From NCBI GenBank assembly GCA_043826455.1, contig JBDRQD010000048.1, positions 192,001 through 256,000 on the forward strand: DNA of 64,000 nucleotides, read 5' to 3'. Position 1 is the stretch's first letter. The number at the start of each line of letters is the position of its first letter. The position numbers and the translations under genes were made by a program. This DNA is from Candidatus Bathyarchaeota archaeon. Its GTDB lineage: Archaea; Thermoproteota; Bathyarchaeia; TCS64. Shown one piece after another: positions 1 through 8,584 of the stretch. Under the pieces are notes generated by a model. The model worked only from the letters and a program-made list of their open reading frames with translations, searched no databases and had not been told where the DNA came from.

Positions 1-441
1 TGTGTCTTGATCGTTGAGCAAGGTAGCCTACAGGTGTATCCCTTCTACCAGCAGGTCGCCGGTGGAAACCCGATGACGCTTCTAGAGGACGCGCCCTTAG
101 GCACCTACACTTGGAAGTGGTACGACGACGAAGATGACGTTGTGAGCTCAGGCACCTTCATGGTCGCAGCCGCGACCGAGTCGGTGCTTGGCGCACAGAT
201 CGAGGACCTAAACGCAGCCGTCACTAACCTGCAGACCGACATAACCACGGTCAGCAGCGAGATGGCAGGCGTCAGGACCCAGATCACCAACGCCATCAAC
301 GCAGCCAATGCTGCCACAGAGGCCAAGAACGCCGCCAACGGCCTGACGACACTGGTCTACGGCGCCATCGGCGCATCACTAGTAGCAGCACTCGCAGCAA
401 TCGTAAGCCTAATGCAGATAAGCAGAAGAATCGCGGGCTAA
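1..441 (+). CDS. C-terminal part of a surface/S-layer-like protein with coiled coil and C-terminal membrane anchor (5'-truncated by window edge)
   Basis: Frame open from base 1; Ala/Thr/Asn-rich heptad stretch, then hydrophobic LVYGAIGASLVAALAAIVSL and basic tail RRIAG. Confidence 0.65.
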   Translation, partial: CVLIVEQGSLQVYPFYQQVAGGNPMTLLEDAPLGTYTWKWYDDEDDVVSSGTFMVAAATESVLGAQIEDLNAAVTNLQTDITTVSSEMAGVRTQITNAINAANAATEAKNAANGLTTLVYGAIGASLVAALAAIVSLMQISRRIAG

Positions 442-472
442 ACCCGCAACCTCCATTTTCTTTAATTTTTTA
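433..472 (+). terminator. Short hairpin plus T-rich terminator
   Basis: GCGGG-ctaa-ACCCGC spanning the stop, followed by TTTTCTTTAATTTTTT. Confidence 0.45.
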
Positions 473-529
473 ATATTAATAACAGATAATACATAAATTT
501 CATATATACTTGTAGTAGACATTTCCCAG

Positions 530-1393
530 ATGCTGGGGCTCGGCATAGAAAGAAAAGCGTTAACCGCGCTGGACAAGCATGTGTTCCTGAAAAAAGACTT
601 CAAACCCGAAGAGGCAGTCACAATATTCGGGTCGCACCGCTCAGGAACCACGTGGCTAATGGAGACCCTGTCCCGGGTACCCGGCTACATATCAGTCATG
701 GAGCCCTTCCAGCCAAAATGGTTCCCAGGTTCAGCAAGATACCAGCCGCGACCCAACCCCAAACAACCAAAAATAACGGAGTACATTAAAAAAACCCTGG
801 AGGGTAAAGCGAAATGCACCGCATCCAAATATAAACTCAATTTTAAGACTCTTAGAAGAAGATACACCGGAGACAAACTGTTAATCAAATTTGTGCGAGC
901 AAACACGCTAATAGAACTTGTATTGAAGGAATTCAAGGTACGGACCCCCGTATACATTATCAGAAACCCCTACGCCGTGATAAGCTCACAGTTGAGAACG
1001 GGAATACACCCAGAATTAACATTACTTTACAAGAAACAGAGTACAGACATTGAGACGACATTAACGAAAGTGTGGTATGTCGACCAAAAAGCCCCATTAA
1101 ACATGAACGACAGTAGGCTATATAAAATAAAATACGAGGACATGGTGACTGACCCCATCAAAACGATGACACCCTTACTCAAGAGATTGAGGAAAGAAGA
1201 ACACATACACGACATTCTAGAGACGATACAAAGACCGAGCAGAACAACGGCGAGGCCCAAAGTGAAAGACATAGATGATAAAATACTGAATAGATGGAAG
1301 AACGAATTGAATAAAACACAGATAAAAAATATCACCGACACGTTGGAGCATTTCAACTTCGATTATAACGAAATCCAATTCCAATATCAATAA
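530..1393 (+). CDS. Sulfotransferase family protein (AT-rich gene)
   Basis: PAPS-binding motif GSHRSGTTWL, IIRNPYAVISS, KIKYEDMVTDP; markedly lower GC than the flanks. Confidence 0.8.
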   Translation: MLGLGIERKALTALDKHVFLKKDFKPEEAVTIFGSHRSGTTWLMETLSRVPGYISVMEPFQPKWFPGSARYQPRPNPKQPKITEYIKKTLEGKAKCTASKYKLNFKTLRRRYTGDKLLIKFVRANTLIELVLKEFKVRTPVYIIRNPYAVISSQLRTGIHPELTLLYKKQSTDIETTLTKVWYVDQKAPLNMNDSRLYKIKYEDMVTDPIKTMTPLLKRLRKEEHIHDILETIQRPSRTTARPKVKDIDDKILNRWKNELNKTQIKNITDTLEHFNFDYNEIQFQYQ

Positions 1394-1492
1394 AATAAGT
1401 AATTTAGTCTCTCAATTCTCGCCTAAAGTCAATACCTACTCTCAATGCATCCTTTGCCTCAATAAATTTGCAGGTCTGAGAAAACTCCTCTT

Positions 1493-2416
1493 TTATTCTA
1501 AATCGAGGCTGGTGATGTCTAGGTTCAACTCCATGCCCAGAAGAAGATCAATGGCCTCGTAGAGCGTGTGCCTCAGACCCTCAAAGCTTTGGGGCTCAGG
1601 CAAACTCACACCCGTCTCCCCTAAAACCACTTCACGCAACTCCCCCACAACCTGGGAGAAAGCGTCGTCGCCCCCCCAGGGCCCCTCACCCAGCACCTCA
1701 ACTATGCGGCCGTCCCAGGCACGGTAAAGGGCTTCAACCACCAGGTAGCTGACCCGCCTGTTGAACCACCGGGGGCTGTGCCTGGAGGCCGCGCTCACCC
1801 CGCGGTAGAGGGTGTCGAGGGCGTCAGCCACCTCAGCCTTCAGCTCCTCCGGGTGCCTCCTGGACAAGAGGTTCCTCAAACCCTCAAAGCCCAGCCTGGC
1901 CACCGGCGCACTGTTAAGGGACTCCCTCTCAGCCTCTATCCTCTCCACCTGTTCCAAGGTCTCCCTCACCCTGACCCAGTCCACCCTGCCGTGGAGCCCC
2001 TCCAGCAACACGAAGAGGCTCTCAGCCAGCTCCATGTCCAGCTGCAGGTGGTTCAGCTGCGCCTCACGGGTCTCCCTGAACTCCTTCAACACATCGTCGA
2101 GGGCTTCACGCCGCCTCCGGATATCAGCATCCACCAGCACCCGGAGCTCCTCCACCTTCTCCGCCCCCCTGGAAAAGACTGACAGCTCCATCTCCTTCCC
2201 CTCCTGAAGGTAACCTACAGTAAGCTTCGCGGAGCTGGTGTATGGCTTCACACCCGTCTCCACGCGGACCCCCAGCGTCTGGCTCAGCCTGAAACCCGTC
2301 TCCTTCACCAGGCTCTTACCCATGAAACCCTTCTCGTAGCTGAGGGTCACCTCCCCGTCCTCGACCTTGAGGACACACGTCTTGCCGTCCGCCGTCTTCC
2401 CAAGGAGCTCAGGCAT
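1493..2416 (-). CDS. Hypothetical protein, N-terminal PH-like beta domain plus helical region (tubulin-locus member)
   Basis: 307-aa ORF with host-like codon usage; start overlaps the stop of 2409-4745; N-terminal run of beta-strands ending in an amphipathic helix. Confidence 0.7.
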   Translation of the reverse strand: MPELLGKTADGKTCVLKVEDGEVTLSYEKGFMGKSLVKETGFRLSQTLGVRVETGVKPYTSSAKLTVGYLQEGKEMELSVFSRGAEKVEELRVLVDADIRRRREALDDVLKEFRETREAQLNHLQLDMELAESLFVLLEGLHGRVDWVRVRETLEQVERIEAERESLNSAPVARLGFEGLRNLLSRRHPEELKAEVADALDTLYRGVSAASRHSPRWFNRRVSYLVVEALYRAWDGRIVEVLGEGPWGGDDAFSQVVGELREVVLGETGVSLPEPQSFEGLRHTLYEAIDLLLGMELNLDITSLDLE

Positions 2417-4745
2417 CCGGGTTCCTCCTCAGGCTGTCCGTGGTCTCCTCCAGGGTCAGAGGCGAGTAGGTGGTCCTCAGGTACATCTTCAGGTACTCCC
2501 GGCCATACTTCTCGGCCACCCCCAGCTCGTCCATCTTCACCTCCTCCTTCTCGTCCAGTATCCGGGTGATCTTCCTGGCGAACACGGGGTAGTTCAGCAG
2601 CATCTCCCTGCGCTCATTGTAGTACTCAATGGTGTCCACGGCCTCATCGATGTAGCTGAGCACCCGGTACAGGTGGGTGATGATCTCGTCGATCCTGTAC
2701 CGCTCGTAGTTGTTGATGACCTCCAGGCTCTGGTTCATCCGCTCAGTCAGCGTCATGTTCCTGTTCCACTCATAGTCCTCCCGCGGAAGAAGCAGGTTGA
2801 TGTTGAACTCCAGGTCCTGGAGGTGGTAGTAGAGGAGCCCTATGATGCGGCCCACCACGTTCACCGTACTCAGGATGGTGTCCCTTATGAGGATGACCTT
2901 CAGCACCTTCAGGTTCTGGTCCTCCTCCGCGAAGTTCCTCTTGGCCACCTTCCCGGACAGCGCCTGTATAAGCTCGTACTTCTCCCCCAGCAGCGGCATC
3001 AGGCTGCTCTTACGCTTACTCAGCTGGAGGATGGTCTCCACGCTATCGTTTATAGGCCGAGTTGCGCTCATGATCTCCGCCGAGTACTGCTTCTCCCAGT
3101 TCTTCAGGCTTACCAGTATGGCGTCGATGATGACCCAGGGCTCGTCCTCCTCGATCTTCTCCCTGCTGATCTGCAGCGTGGCACTGTCCTTGGGCAGGCT
3201 AGGCTCGAAGAGGCTGCTGATGATCTCGTATATCTTGTCGCTGGTGTCTATCAGCCTCTCCACCAGCACCCGCCCCGAGGCCACAATGTTGTTGACGTGC
3301 TCCACCTTCACCGCCAGAGGGGCGTCGATGTAGAACTCTGGCACCTCGGGGGCCTCCACGTCCAGGCCCAGCTCATCTATCTCCCCCACCGCCTCCAGGT
3401 ACTCGAACTTGATCTTAATGTAATAGTCCCTGAGGGCCACGTCCAGGTGAGTCTCGTAGCTCTTCACCGCCGGCGCCAGCTCGTTGTACACGCGCCTCAT
3501 CCTTGTGTCAACGTCAGCCAGCTCTAGGGCCGTCCCGGTGACGTCCCTGTTAATCTCCCTGATCTCGTCCAGGCTGATGAGCATCTTGGTCTTCAGGTCT
3601 ATGAAGGTCTCAGGCACCGGGTTCCCCAGCCCGTCGACGATGTCCAAGTACTCGTTTATCTTCTCCATGAGGCTGCCCGTCTGCTCCTTGAGCACCCCTA
3701 TCCTCTGGCCCCTCACCTCCCTCATGTCCAGGACGAACTTGCTGAAGGAGACGGGGGCCGAGAACAGTACGGTGAAGGCCGTGGAGCCTATGAGGATGGT
3801 CCTGTCCACGGTGGCCTGGAAGCTGAGGGGAGTCTGTAGAAACTCGATGGCCCCGAAGAAGACCACGTTGGTGATGGCCGCAGCCACGATGGGTAGGAAG
3901 TAGACCAGGATGTCCACGTACTTGCCGGGTATGTTAGGCTCCTTCACAGGGTCTGGTAGTCTCATGTTGATGATGGCTATCACCGATATGAGGCCCGACA
4001 TGATGACAAGGAACAGTACCATCCCGGGGAGGCTGTTCATGTAGGTGGCGAAGGCCAGCCTCTCGCCGTTCAGCACCACGTCCGGGGGTCTTATCCCGGT
4101 GATGGTGTTCAGCACCCGGAGGATGGTCTCTAGGCTGATGGTGGTCAGTGAGCCCTGGATGTCAGTGTAAATAGCATCCAGGGGCGCATAGAGGGGTGGC
4201 AGCACTCCCTCCGTGAAGGTCTTCAGGTACTGCATGATCTGCAGAGGCAGAGACATAAACACGTAGTAGACGAAGGTGTAGGCTATGCCCCGCTCCTTGT
4301 AGATGGTGGCGAACACCAGGATCAATGGTATGGCCAGGTAGAAGGTGGACCTGAAGAAGAGCAGGGAGACGGCGATGATCCCCATGTCCATGGCTATGAT
4401 CTGGAGGTTGTTGTGCATCATCAGGGGACATATTATGAAGGGGGCTATGAGGATGGCCATCAGCACCGTGTTGGTGAGGGGGTCATCTATGAGCTGGAAG
4501 AAGCCTATGCGGGACAGGTGGTAGAAGAGGCCCATGCTGATGAGCAGGCTCCCCAAAATGGGGGCGTAGGGGTTCTCCCTGTACACGGCGTAGGCTATCA
4601 GGAAAGCTATGACTATTGGCAGGGGCTGGGGCAGCAGGGGGATGAATGTGAAGCCCACGGCCAGGCTGACCATGGTGACGGCGAAGGTTACCAGCTTACC
4701 CGTCCGCTCACTGAAGTCCCTGTCCACGAAGAGTCCGAAACTCAT
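2409..4745 (-). CDS. Polytopic membrane protein (~9-10 TM) with long helical/coiled-coil C-terminal region and possible terminal wHTH
   Basis: 778 aa; hydrophobic segments throughout aa 15-340, charged amphipathic helices aa 340-720. Confidence 0.8.
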   Translation of the reverse strand: MSFGLFVDRDFSERTGKLVTFAVTMVSLAVGFTFIPLLPQPLPIVIAFLIAYAVYRENPYAPILGSLLISMGLFYHLSRIGFFQLIDDPLTNTVLMAILIAPFIICPLMMHNNLQIIAMDMGIIAVSLLFFRSTFYLAIPLILVFATIYKERGIAYTFVYYVFMSLPLQIMQYLKTFTEGVLPPLYAPLDAIYTDIQGSLTTISLETILRVLNTITGIRPPDVVLNGERLAFATYMNSLPGMVLFLVIMSGLISVIAIINMRLPDPVKEPNIPGKYVDILVYFLPIVAAAITNVVFFGAIEFLQTPLSFQATVDRTILIGSTAFTVLFSAPVSFSKFVLDMREVRGQRIGVLKEQTGSLMEKINEYLDIVDGLGNPVPETFIDLKTKMLISLDEIREINRDVTGTALELADVDTRMRRVYNELAPAVKSYETHLDVALRDYYIKIKFEYLEAVGEIDELGLDVEAPEVPEFYIDAPLAVKVEHVNNIVASGRVLVERLIDTSDKIYEIISSLFEPSLPKDSATLQISREKIEEDEPWVIIDAILVSLKNWEKQYSAEIMSATRPINDSVETILQLSKRKSSLMPLLGEKYELIQALSGKVAKRNFAEEDQNLKVLKVILIRDTILSTVNVVGRIIGLLYYHLQDLEFNINLLLPREDYEWNRNMTLTERMNQSLEVINNYERYRIDEIITHLYRVLSYIDEAVDTIEYYNERREMLLNYPVFARKITRILDEKEEVKMDELGVAEKYGREYLKMYLRTTYSPLTLEETTDSLRRNPDA

Positions 4746-4765
4746 ATCCCCAACCTCTGCACGTT

Positions 4766-4779
4766 GATATTATATAACC
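4766..4779. promoter_or_regulatory. Probable bidirectional TATA element between divergent genes
   Basis: TATTATATAA at 4768-4777, about 20-23 nt from both the 4745 (-) ATG and the 4797 (+) TTG. Confidence 0.5.
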
Positions 4780-4796
4780 ATAGGTGCGGTGTCCCG

Positions 4797-5918
4797 TTGA
4801 GCTTAAGCGAAGCAGACTTAAAACTTCTTGTAGGGCTTAGGAAGCACATAGAAGCCGTCACCCCTGTGCTGCCTGACAGGGCCGTGATCACCGTTGGACA
4901 GTACACCCTGGACGCCCTCCTCGACACCCCCCGCTTCCAGGAGGATGAGCGCCTTGATCTATTCAGGGTCCACCATAAGAAGGATTTGGAGCACAAGACC
5001 CTGTACATTGATCCAGAGTACCAAGTACAGGTCGACACTCTATACGAGCCCCACTACTGGTATGACCTCAGGGAGAACGTGGACGAGGACGAGTTCAAGG
5101 GGACGCTGGCTGACAGGATCTTCGACTACCACAAAGAGATACTCACACTGGTCAACCTCTCGGAGGGCTCGTCCTCAGGCATCTACCCCATGCTCCACGG
5201 GTTCCTCGCAGACAGGGAGAAGAACACCCTGGGCGCCGTCATCTTCCCCTCCATGAGCCACAGCGGCGACGCCCTATTCAACGCCTTCGCCAGCGTCGGC
5301 ATGGTGGCCCTGGACGACTCCACGCCCCTCTTGCTCATAGACCAGGGGAGCCTGGAGGCCTACAGGGGGGTCCACAGGATGGGAGAGGTCCTGAAGGGCA
5401 TCGACGTGGTGGACTACCTGGTGGAGCTGCTGCTGGACAAGGAGGGGTTCATCCGCGACATCTATAAGCTGTCCCGTAACTTCGGCATCAGGTTCTTCGC
5501 GCCCCTCCTGGCCACCGGGTGCAGCCTCACCATATACGAGAGCTTCAGGAACATCCTGAACATAGTCTTGGAGCAGCCCCTCATGGCCATCGACATGTCC
5601 ACAGCCTCCATGATATATGTGCTGGTGAAGGCGCCCACCTACTACAAGGACGAGTTCACCAAGGGCAAGATAGAGTACGAGGTCAGCCAGTGGCTCAAGG
5701 AGAGCCTCGGCGTGGACATCCCCCAGGTCTGCGAGCCCGTCTTCGTGGAGGAGTTCGGGGACCGGGTGGACGTGGTCATCCTGGTGGGGGGCTGGGACAC
5801 ATCTAAGATGTTCAGGGACATATACAGGCGCATCGAGAGGTTCAGCAACATGAACCTGGAGCAGGGCCTCTACGACAGGGAGCTATGGGAAAAGATAATG
5901 AAGAGGCTGATGGGCTAG
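4797..5918 (+). CDS. Divergent tubulin/FtsZ/CetZ-superfamily protein with degenerate GTPase motifs
   Basis: LVNLSEGSSSGIYPML (degenerate GGGTGSG loop), GAVIFPS, ALFNAFAS, LLLIDQGSL, and FtsZ-like C-domain PLMAIDMSTASMIYVLV...VDVVILVGG; TTG start inferred. Confidence 0.7.
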   Translation: MSLSEADLKLLVGLRKHIEAVTPVLPDRAVITVGQYTLDALLDTPRFQEDERLDLFRVHHKKDLEHKTLYIDPEYQVQVDTLYEPHYWYDLRENVDEDEFKGTLADRIFDYHKEILTLVNLSEGSSSGIYPMLHGFLADREKNTLGAVIFPSMSHSGDALFNAFASVGMVALDDSTPLLLIDQGSLEAYRGVHRMGEVLKGIDVVDYLVELLLDKEGFIRDIYKLSRNFGIRFFAPLLATGCSLTIYESFRNILNIVLEQPLMAIDMSTASMIYVLVKAPTYYKDEFTKGKIEYEVSQWLKESLGVDIPQVCEPVFVEEFGDRVDVVILVGGWDTSKMFRDIYRRIERFSNMNLEQGLYDRELWEKIMKRLMG

Positions 5919-8584
5919 CGCCCCTGCTCCTTCTTCAGCTCCGCCAGGATCTCCTCGATGCTCCCCTTATGCTCCACCAGGAAGCTGCGGCTGAGGCTGC
6001 TCTCGAACTCTGAGGCCTTCCTGTTGAGGCGCTCCATCTCGTCGTAGGGGGCCAGGTCCTCTATGGTTCCGCGGCCGGCGATGACCACGACCCTTATGAC
6101 CCAGGGGTCCCTGCACTCCACGACACGCACCGTGATGGTCTTGGATACGTCGCCTGTGACGTATGCGGCGAGGGCCGTGTAGAGCTCCTGGGTGAGGTCC
6201 TCGTCCCAGAGGCCCTGAGGCGTCTGGACGGTGACCCACAGGTAGTCGCTGCGGTATGTGCTCTTCATCCCCATGATGTTGGGGGTCCTGTAGATCCTGA
6301 CGATGCTCCTCATGTAGTCCTTGAAGTGGTCCACGTCCAGGATCTCCTCCAGGATGCCCTCCCTGTTGAGCTGGTCCTCCTGTTCGGCCAGGATCTTGTA
6401 GATGATCTTGCCCTGCTCGTCGCCTGTGAGCTCCGTGGTGCGCTCGTAGAACCTGTTGCTCTTTATGATGCCCTGGAGCTTCTCCTGGTAGTCCTCCATG
6501 AGGTCCAGGACCGTGTTGAGCTTCTTCCTGTACTCGCTGGTGACCTCCAGCTTCTTGGCCAGGTCCGTATAGAAGTCTATGAGGGTGTCCGTGGACCCTA
6601 TCTGGGCGTTGAGGTGGATCTCCTCCTCCCTGTTGCCGCTGAGCTCCCTCTCCAGATCCTTGAGCTTGTCCCTGGCGTACTTCTTCTTCCCGAAGAGGCT
6701 GAAGCCCTTGCTCTCCTTGTCGTACTTTTCGCGGTCGTACTCCTTCCGCTTCCTCCGCTCCTCGAGGCGGATGAGCTCGTTCTCCAGGTTCTCGCGCCTG
6801 CCCCTGAACTTGACGATGAGGGCTTGGAGGTAGGTGAGGTGCTCGTCGATCATCTTCACCTCGTCGCTGCTGGGCTTGATCATGAGCTGCAGCAGGTGGT
6901 AAATGGTGGTGAGCTCGGCTTTCATGTCCTTGAAGCTGATGTCCAGCTTCTCCTCCTCGGGCAGTATCTCGTACCGCCGCATGATGGCGTCTACGAAGTG
7001 CCTGTTCTCGTTGTAGAGCCTGAGGATGACCAGGGCCTTCTCCGTGATCTCCGTGAGGTTCATGAAGTCGTCCACCAGCTTCTTCTGCCGTATAGTGAGC
7101 TGCTGGCTGCTGGGCACTAGCTGCTGCAGGCGCTCGAAGATGGCCGCCTTCCTCACCTGGAACTCGGGGTGGGTCTTGGAGACGAACCTCATGAGGCCCT
7201 CCAGGCTGTCGATGGGCTGGGCCTCCTCACGGTGGAGGACGAGCTTGTTGATGCTGTCCTCTATGGTGCCCTCGCTGCTCACCAGCTTGATGGTGCTCAT
7301 GAACTGGTGGGCCTCATCTATCCACTTGTTGATCTGGTCCTCTATGCCTCGGACGTAGAGACTGTAATCCTCATCGAACCTGGGGCTGCCGTGGATGAGC
7401 TGCTCCACCTTCTCGTCGTACTCCTCGGCGTTGTAGGCGTTGGTCTTGATGAGGTAGTCCTTGTAGATCTCGCTGACCTCCTCCCGCTTCAGCTCCAGGA
7501 CGCTCTGGAGCTTGTCCAGGATGACCAGCTTATCCTTCCTGATCTCGGCCAGCTGCTGCATCTTCTCCAGGTTGCTCTTGAAGGCCGCCACGTAGGCGTC
7601 CACCGGGTAGTTGACCTTCACCATGCTGAGGGTGTGTATGATGTTCCCGCTGAGGCCCACCTCTGTGCCTATGCCGCTCATGAGGTCGGCCATGTCGAAG
7701 TCCATGAGGACGTAGATCATCTCAACGATCATCTTGTCGATCTCGTCCCTGGCCGTGATGATGTTCCCCGTCTTGCTGTACGCTGGCATGAGAGGCAGGA
7801 ACATGACGCTGTTGAAGGGGTTCCTGTAGACCTCGCCGAGGCCGTCCACAATGATCTCGTTCTGAACCCTGTCCAGCAGGAGGGACATCTCCTTGATGCC
7901 GTTGAAGGCGCTGTAGCCCTTGGCCGGGGGGTCGTCCCCGGGGCACGGCAGTATGCAGAGGCCTATGATGGGTACGCCGCTTCCCACGGCCTGTCGCAGG
8001 TGGCGGGCGAAGTCCATGGTCATGCCGCTTCCTGTTCCTCCGCCCAGGCCGAACACTATCATGATGATGGGGCTGTTGATGCTGCTGAGGGCGTTGTCCT
8101 TGAACATGTTTGTGAAGCTCTTGATGATGCCCAGCTGGTAGTAGTTCAGGTTGTAGATGGCCTTGGCCAGGCTCCTCCTCCTACCTGCGCCGCCCGCGAG
8201 GGGAGGTATAGCCACGGTGCTGGGTAGCCACGGGTAGTACTCCCTGATCTTGACGCCCTCGTTCTGGAGGTGCTCCTTGAACTTGGTCTGGACGAAGTCG
8301 AACATGGCCTCGGCGGAGGGAAACTTGACGCTCTTGGCTATTATGCTCAGACGGTCTTGGGGTATGCCCCTTCTCTTCATCTGCTCAAGGACCCTGTTGT
8401 AGGAGTCGTCCAGGCTCTTGATGTCAGGGTCCGCGATGTCCATGGCCAGCATGCTGAGCCTGGTGGCGCCGCTGCTGAGAAGATCCATGGTCTTCTCGTT
8501 CTTGAGGAAGTTCTCCACCACGTTGGTGCCTGCGCCGCCTAAGCCTACGAGGTGTATTACGCTGCTGTATCCGAGTTCCGACAT
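5915..8584 (-). CDS. Tubulin/FtsZ-like GTPase with large coiled-coil insertion
   Basis: VGLGGAGTN, GGAG, FGLGGGTGSG, CILPCPGD, T7-like MDFDMADL; heptad/charged region aa ~330-775; alpha/beta C-terminal segment. Confidence 0.9.
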   Translation of the reverse strand: MSELGYSSVIHLVGLGGAGTNVVENFLKNEKTMDLLSSGATRLSMLAMDIADPDIKSLDDSYNRVLEQMKRRGIPQDRLSIIAKSVKFPSAEAMFDFVQTKFKEHLQNEGVKIREYYPWLPSTVAIPPLAGGAGRRRSLAKAIYNLNYYQLGIIKSFTNMFKDNALSSINSPIIMIVFGLGGGTGSGMTMDFARHLRQAVGSGVPIIGLCILPCPGDDPPAKGYSAFNGIKEMSLLLDRVQNEIIVDGLGEVYRNPFNSVMFLPLMPAYSKTGNIITARDEIDKMIVEMIYVLMDFDMADLMSGIGTEVGLSGNIIHTLSMVKVNYPVDAYVAAFKSNLEKMQQLAEIRKDKLVILDKLQSVLELKREEVSEIYKDYLIKTNAYNAEEYDEKVEQLIHGSPRFDEDYSLYVRGIEDQINKWIDEAHQFMSTIKLVSSEGTIEDSINKLVLHREEAQPIDSLEGLMRFVSKTHPEFQVRKAAIFERLQQLVPSSQQLTIRQKKLVDDFMNLTEITEKALVILRLYNENRHFVDAIMRRYEILPEEEKLDISFKDMKAELTTIYHLLQLMIKPSSDEVKMIDEHLTYLQALIVKFRGRRENLENELIRLEERRKRKEYDREKYDKESKGFSLFGKKKYARDKLKDLERELSGNREEEIHLNAQIGSTDTLIDFYTDLAKKLEVTSEYRKKLNTVLDLMEDYQEKLQGIIKSNRFYERTTELTGDEQGKIIYKILAEQEDQLNREGILEEILDVDHFKDYMRSIVRIYRTPNIMGMKSTYRSDYLWVTVQTPQGLWDEDLTQELYTALAAYVTGDVSKTITVRVVECRDPWVIRVVVIAGRGTIEDLAPYDEMERLNRKASEFESSLSRSFLVEHKGSIEEILAELKKEQGR

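Noticed and set aside
4413..4796. 128-aa N-terminal extension of the degenerate tubulin ORF
   Set aside because: Overlaps the opposite-strand membrane gene; the TATA element and TTG at 4797 give a better start
2367..8227. Long antisense ORFs (2367-3527, 6326-7120, 7169-8227 and similar throughout the window)
   Set aside because: Shadow frames of high-GC3 genes; Leu/Val/His-rich with no motifs
5915..8584. Calling the 889-aa protein canonical FtsZ or an SMC/Rad50 ATPase
   Set aside because: Architecture differs from FtsZ; no Walker A or ABC signature
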